A DNA stretch of 62,200 nucleotides, the filler included. It is 5 parts of 5 records of this genome, joined end to end, with 100 filler letters (N's around TTAATTAATTAA, not from the genome) between each part and the next. Parts side by side here need not be neighbours in the genome. Positions count along the whole stretch, not along the records: positions 48,533 to 62,200 come from SRR7504441_7519; 4 more parts are not named here. One strand, 5' to 3'. Below are positions 57,145 through 62,200 of the stretch, piece after piece; within the stretch, counting starts at the first letter, position 1, and each line of letters begins with the position of its first letter. A program made the translations under genes and the position numbers. The notes beneath the pieces are model-generated. The model was not told the origin of the DNA. It ran no database searches and was given only the letters and a program-made list of their open reading frames with translations.

Positions 57145-59076
57145 TTAGGAATGGGGCAAAAGGGCGATGGTTAGGCAGCATGACCTGTCCCGCCTCTGAT
57201 TGTACATCCAACCGGATCCGGCAGTGCTGCGCACAGGGGCGCGATAAAGATCGGTGTCCAGCAGCGAGACATCGAGCAAGGATGACGGATCGTCGGATTG
57301 CTCGAGCAGGGCAAATTGAGCCGACTTGCTGTTGTGGAACCCGTACAACATGTACGAGGCGACGGCAGCGCCAATCCAGCCAAGGATCAAGAGCAGGCCC
57401 GTGGTGCTCAGCTGCGCAAGCAGCGCCCAGTTGAAAAATATTGCGAGCCCAGGCAGCACGGGTACGTATGGGGCTCGGAACACCGTGCCTGGGGCCACAG
57501 ACTGGGGACACTTGCACCATATGGCGCCGAGCAGCCCAAACGCTATCGCAGTGCTGACTCCGGCGCAGGCAAGCATCACGACCTGCTGAGCTGACGAGCT
57601 AATTACCTGCTGCCACAAAAAGGCGGCGACTCCCTGCGAGATCGAATCAGCAGCAGCGGCTGGGGCTATAGGCACCGAGCAGGCTACAAACGGCCACATG
57701 AGCGCTGGAAAGAGGCCGGGTGAGAGCTCGTGGTAGCGGAGCATGAGCAAGCAGCAGTTGCACAACGAGAACGAGACCAACACGCCGGCCGACACCATAT
57801 CGTCCAGGTGATTGAACGGCACGCAGAGCGCAACGGCCGTGAGCACCACCCCAGAGATCAGAGTGCCAAAGAAGATGTTGCCGTGCTGGTCCAGCCAGCC
57901 GAGCACCTGCGGCGCGAGCCCGTCGTTGGCCATCGCAAACAGCAAGCGCGGCTGAGCCAGGAACGCGATGAAAACCACAATCGGCAGCGTCAACACCTCA
58001 CCAGCTTGCGCAATGTGAGCCACTGCCGACCACCCGAGATGCCGGAAGCCCGAGGCAAACCCGGCGTCCGAGTCGATTTGGGTGTAACTCAGCATGCCAA
58101 CCAGCCCGAGCGAGGCCACGATTGAGAGCACCTGGACCCCGTGAGCCCCGGCCCGAGCCGTGCGCACCGCGGTGCCGGCGATGGTGCCGACCACGGCCCG
58201 GGGCATCACCTTGGTCGGGTTCTTGGCCTCGCCCGCCATGCAGCACACCTTGAGCTCCGGGTCAGCTCAGTTGCAGCTCAAGCACCTCGTCAAAACCGAT
58301 GAAACCGAAGAACGCGGCCGTCCCGCCCTTGAGCACCCCGCCCGCCCCCAGCTCGGGCGGCACGAAAGGCTTCAAGTTCTGAGCGTCGAAGGCCGTGAGC
58401 GCGGCGACCGTCATGAACACAATCAGCACGATCTTCGCTACGGTCATCACATTCACCAGGTGCTTCCCTAGAGAAAGCCCACACATGAGCAGCCCCACGC
58501 AGAGCGCCTGCAGCCCGGCCGCGGTGAGCGACCAGTGCTCTTGGTCGAGCCAGTCGGCGGCGTTCGGGTCGTGCCGGATATCCTGGATCCAGTAGACGAG
58601 CTTGGTCCCCCAGGCCCGGGCCACCGCCGCCCCGCTCACACCGTACTCGAGAGTCAGGCACCAGGCCGCCACCACCGCGAACACCTCGCCCAGCGCGTGG
58701 TAGCTGTAGGCGTACACGCTCCCCGAGGACGGCACCACCGACGAGAGCTCCATGTACGCGAAGCCGTTCACTGTGCAGCCCACCGCCGCCACCGCCCACG
58801 AGAGCATGACCGCCGGGCCCGCGTACTCGTGCGCGATCAGACCGGCCAGCGCGAACACGCCAGTGCCCACCGTGCCCCCGATCCCGATCATGAGGAGATC
58901 GAACAGCCCGAGCTGCCGAGTGAGTCCGACCGACGATCCGGCCAGCTCCTCGTCCTCCTCGAGCAGGATGTACTCGCGCTGCACAACCGGCTCAGCCAGC
59001 TCCTCTGAGCGCGTACCGGCTTGCGCGACAGCATCCGCTGCACCATAGACCTCTTGGCCGGGACCTCGTCGCACAT
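57145..59076 (-). CDS. Cationic amino-acid transporter (APC/SLC7 CAT type)
   Basis: LSRKP, IGIGGTVGTGVF, AGPAV, ELSSVVPSSGSVY, FFGFIGFDE/VCCMAGEAKNP, QPRLLFAMANDGL, FRAPYVP. Confidence 0.93.
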
Positions 59077-59158
59077 TATCACGCCGGGACCACCGTCCGG
59101 CGTCGAGCAGTACAAGTAACGGATTTTTGCCGTCTGCACCTCAGTCCGGACTCAGCTC

Positions 59159-59711
59159 ATGCACCTCGCAGCGCTGCTCGCAGGGCTTGGGGTTGCGGTC
59201 GGGCTCCGGCCGACGCCGCACCCGCTGCACCTGCTGCCGTGACCCCGCCGCTCCGACCCGGCCCGACGGTGGGCAGGTGCGACAGCTGGGTCGGGCAGCC
59301 GGCGCACGCTAGCCTGCTGAACGCCAGCGCGGATCCGCTGTGGCAGAAGCCACAGTTCTTCAACAAGACCGGAGTCGACTTCCGGGTGCAGCTCGAGCGG
59401 CAGACCCAGCGGCCTCTCTACTTGGCTGTCAATATCTCCGGGGACGCCGGGCCGCTCGCGCTCTACAACTATAGCGTATGCAGCCTGGCCCCGGCCCAGT
59501 GCGCCCGGCCGGCACCCAGCAACATCACGGTGCCAGTGGCTGGGCTGGTGGCGCCGGCACCGGCAGCAGAGCTGTGCCGATCGGCTGGCTGACTGCAGAT
59601 GTGGCGGTGCGAACGAGGGGCGGTGCCCGGCTGAGCCGCCGGGGCAGGTGGGAGGTGTACGCTGACCGGGCGCTGCAGCAGCTGCTCGGCTGCTCGGTTT
59701 ACACGCTCTAA
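59159..59711 (+). CDS. Small secreted protein, probably ML (NPC2/MD-2-like) lipid-binding domain
   Basis: Signal peptide; Cys spacing PC..YSVC..QC..LLGC; two tiny introns. Confidence 0.5.
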
Positions 59712-59953
59712 CCGCACAGCATGATTACGGCTCAACGTCGCGTTTCGGATGACGCCGTGTGCGGCAAAGGCTCGCCCTCGCACAAGGTAGAGAGAACACG
59801 CGCTCAGTAGTTGGGTACTCACTCGTACTTGAATCATAGTCGACACAGATCGATGCCACACCTAATGTCCAGCGGTACTGCCAGTGGACCATTGTATATA
59901 ACACTAAGGCATTCTATGTACATTCTAGATGTAAGTACGCTGTGACCCTTATT

Positions 59954-61780
59954 TTAAGACTCTAACTTGAGCAAATCTATAGTCGATCCTAGCTTGATTC
60001 CGCATTCTTTCAGACCCTCAGCCGCTGATTGATCGGCTAGTATCGTGATGCGCGGGTGCACGCGCACGAGGTGCAGAGTGCTCTTGCTGGAGGCTACTGC
60101 GCCTAGTACGCATTGCCTGGCCACGCCGCTGTCCGGCCGGCCGCTGAACACTAGCACCAGCTGGCTGCTTTCCATGAGAGTCCCAAACCCAACAGTCACC
60201 GTCCCTTCCACCCGAGCAGTCCTGGATACCAGCTGTGCGTCCGGTAGATTCTGCGCCAGATGCCCGTGCCGGCCGACGGTGCCCACTGCCAGCTGGATCC
60301 CCCCGAGTGCTGCGATCATCCGTTCAAACTCGACGGGGTCCGCCGCCCAGCCGACTCGACCCCCGACCGCCGCCTCCAGCCCCAACGGATCCGCCGGCAC
60401 GCTGTCGGCCACAAACACCACCGGCAGATCTCGGACCGCCGCCGCAAACTCGGCCAGCCAACCCCTCCAGCGCTGGGCCGCCGGCACCAGCACCACACAC
60501 TGCGCACGCTCATCCAGCTCGCACTCGATCAGCTGGCGCAGCTTCTGGCAGCCCTGTCGGGCGAGCTGGCACACGCACAGCCAGGCCTGCCGGTGGAAGT
60601 CAGCTTTGATCTTGCGCCAGTACTCCTGCTCGACCAGCCAGCTCCTCTGCTCGAGCATCCGGTAAAAGTATTCCAGCTCAGACCGGCCGGGCAGCCCGTG
60701 CTCGTACACCAGAGTCTGCCCAGCAGCCAGCGCCAGCCGGGCCTCCAGGCCGGGCCGCCCGTGGCCCCGAATCAGCCGCGGCTCGAAGCCCGGCGCTCCA
60801 AGCACGAACGCGAACGAAACCCTCGCGGCGCTCCCCGGCCCGGCGCAGCTGCCCCAGTGCAGCAGCCGGTGCGTGAACAGGATGGCCTCCCCGGGAGCCG
60901 CCGGCACCGCCCGGATGTGCTGCATGGCCGCGTCGTCCTCCCCGAGGGCTCTCCGGACAGCCCCGCCCGTGCCGCCGGGCTGGGGCCCCAGGTACTCAGG
61001 ATCGGCCGGCCTGGGCAGCACGTACAGGCAAGACCCGCTGGCCGGTGCCTCGGTGCACGGCAGCCAACAAGTCACCGCCTGCCCCCGACTGGTCAGCCCA
61101 GCCCCGGGATGCCAGCGCCTTGGCGCCCGTGCCCCCTTCGCCCCGGAACGATGAGCCCACGTCGGCCAGCGCATCTCGATCCCGGTGCGGCCCAAACCCA
61201 AGAGCTGCCCCCCAGGTGACCGCAGCCAGTCAGCCAGCCACCTTGCGCTTCGATCCGCCACGCGAACAGCTCGGTGGTCGGCTGGTTGCCTGTGATCGCA
61301 GCCAGCGCTGGGCTGAGCTGCTCGATCAGCTGCCCCAGGCCTCAGCCCGCCCCGGCCGGCACGAGCCTGCCACAGCTCGTCGTACACAGCCAGGAACACT
61401 GGCGGCCAGCCATTTCGCCCGAGCACCTCCGCGGCGGCCGCCAGCTTGCGCAGCAGCCTAGGCTCGGGCAGTGCGGCCAGCTGGCAGTAGCCCTCTGCGT
61501 CCAGCGCTGCGGCGGCGGCCCGCACAGTCTGAGCTGACACACCAGCGCCCGGGCAGGCCGGCCGACGAGACACGTGCAGAGCCGGGCACAACCGCCGCCA
61601 GTAGCCCGGGTCGCTGGCCTGCTCGGGCGCCGGGCGCGGGGGCGCCGACGGCAAGGGCCGGGCGGGCGGACCACGGGGCTTGAGCCGGACCACCCGGGCC
61701 CGGCGAGGCCTCTTGGTCGCCAGCATGGCCGCCAGACGCCGCTCGAGCCTGGTCGAGCCACGTGCGCGCTTGTGTCGCAT
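59954..61780 (-). CDS. PhyH-like 2OG-Fe(II) dioxygenase fused to a degenerate glucosamine-6-phosphate-deaminase (NagB-like) domain
   Basis: After removing three tiny introns: FAWRI..FGPHRD..TCWLP..GSCLYVLP..PGEAILFTHRLLHWG. C-terminal GGIQLAVGTVGRHGHLAQNLP, TVGFGTLM, HPRITILADQSAA. Confidence 0.8.
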   Translation of the reverse strand: MRHKRARGSTRLERRLAAMLATKRPRRARVVRLKPRGPPARPLPSAPPRPAPEQASDPGYWRRLCPALHVSRRPACPGAGVSAQTVRAAAAALDAEGYCQLAALPEPRLLRKLAAAAEVLGRNGWPPVFLAVYDELWQARAGRGGLRPGAADRAAQPSAGCDHRQPADHRAVRVADRSARWLADWLRSPGGQLLGLGRTGIEMRWPTWAHRSGAKGARAPRRWHPGAGLTSRGQAVTCWLPCTEAPASGSCLYVLPRPADPEYLGPQPGGTGGAVRRALGEDDAAMQHIRAVPAAPGEAILFTHRLLHWGSCAGPGSAARVSFAFVLGAPGFEPRLIRGHGRPGLEARLALAAGQTLVYEHGLPGRSELEYFYRMLEQRSWLVEQEYWRKIKADFHRQAWLCVCQLARQGCQKLRQLIECELDERAQCVVLVPAAQRWRGWLAEFAAAVRDLPVVFVADSVPADPLGLEAAVGGRVGWAADPVEFERMIAALGGIQLAVGTVGRHGHLAQNLPDAQLVSRTARVEGTVTVGFGTLMESSQLVLVFSGRPDSGVARQCVLGAVASSKSTLHLVRVHPRITILADQSAAEGLKECGIKLGSTIDLLKLES

Positions 61781-62200
61781 GGCAGTCACTCCAGAAGCAG
61801 TGCCTTTCAGTTGCGGATTGCGTTCACGGCATCTCGCAACCCGCTTCATCACCAACAAGGTGTGCCTCCCGCCTCGCCCCCGTGTCGGCTCGGAGAGTGG
61901 CCAGCGCCTGTCACTAGCTAGACGCGTGCCCCGCCCTCTCCTAGACTGCTCCCCTCGTCCCCCGGACCTCCCGCTTGTGCCCATCCACCCGGCCAGCATC
62001 CCCCTCCCGCTAGTCCACCATCCCTGCCCCCTGCGGATCCACAGCCTTGAACCCGCGTGCATCGCTGCTCCGCGTTGTTCGCAACACCCATCCATCCTCG
62101 ATCACACTCATGCCTATGCTGCGTGGTGGTCTTGATGGAGCGTGGTCTGTGCAGCCATGGTCTTCGCACACACCAAGCTCACCGCCACCACCACCAAGCT

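Noticed and set aside
1-62200. CRISPR arrays, rRNA/tRNA genes, transposons, prokaryotic operons, introner-type repeated introns
   Set aside because: None seen; the introns share only short consensus signals, not repeated bodies.

Overview
Gene-dense nuclear DNA from a unicellular eukaryote, not a prokaryote. Five contigs are joined by artificial 100-nt N/TTAATTAATTAA linkers. About 30 genes carry many tiny spliceosomal introns (mostly about 30-60 nt, several GC-AG), with GC-rich 5' ends and AT-rich convergent spacers. Recognisable genes: BEACH/WD40 protein, metallophosphoesterase, GH32, EndoU, LRR multi-pass receptor, NAGLU (GH89), OTU, P1B heavy-metal ATPase, MAPR/cytochrome b5-like, B56-kinase fusion, ABCG, eIF4E-like, C2/EML, GGT, cationic amino-acid transporter, ML-domain protein and a PhyH-NagB fusion. 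Three highlights: (1) after splicing, the P1B-ATPase ends in G-G-UGA-G-UAA followed by a well-formed type II SECIS, so it is a candidate new selenoprotein; (2) several gene fragments lack a head or tail, or are inverted, and meet at donor-donor or acceptor-acceptor splice-site junctions, suggesting scrambled or trans-spliced genes (amplification or assembly chimerism is not excluded); (3) a tail-anchored eIF4E homologue lacks the cap-binding W-E pair. All gene models were built by eye; no database searches were run.
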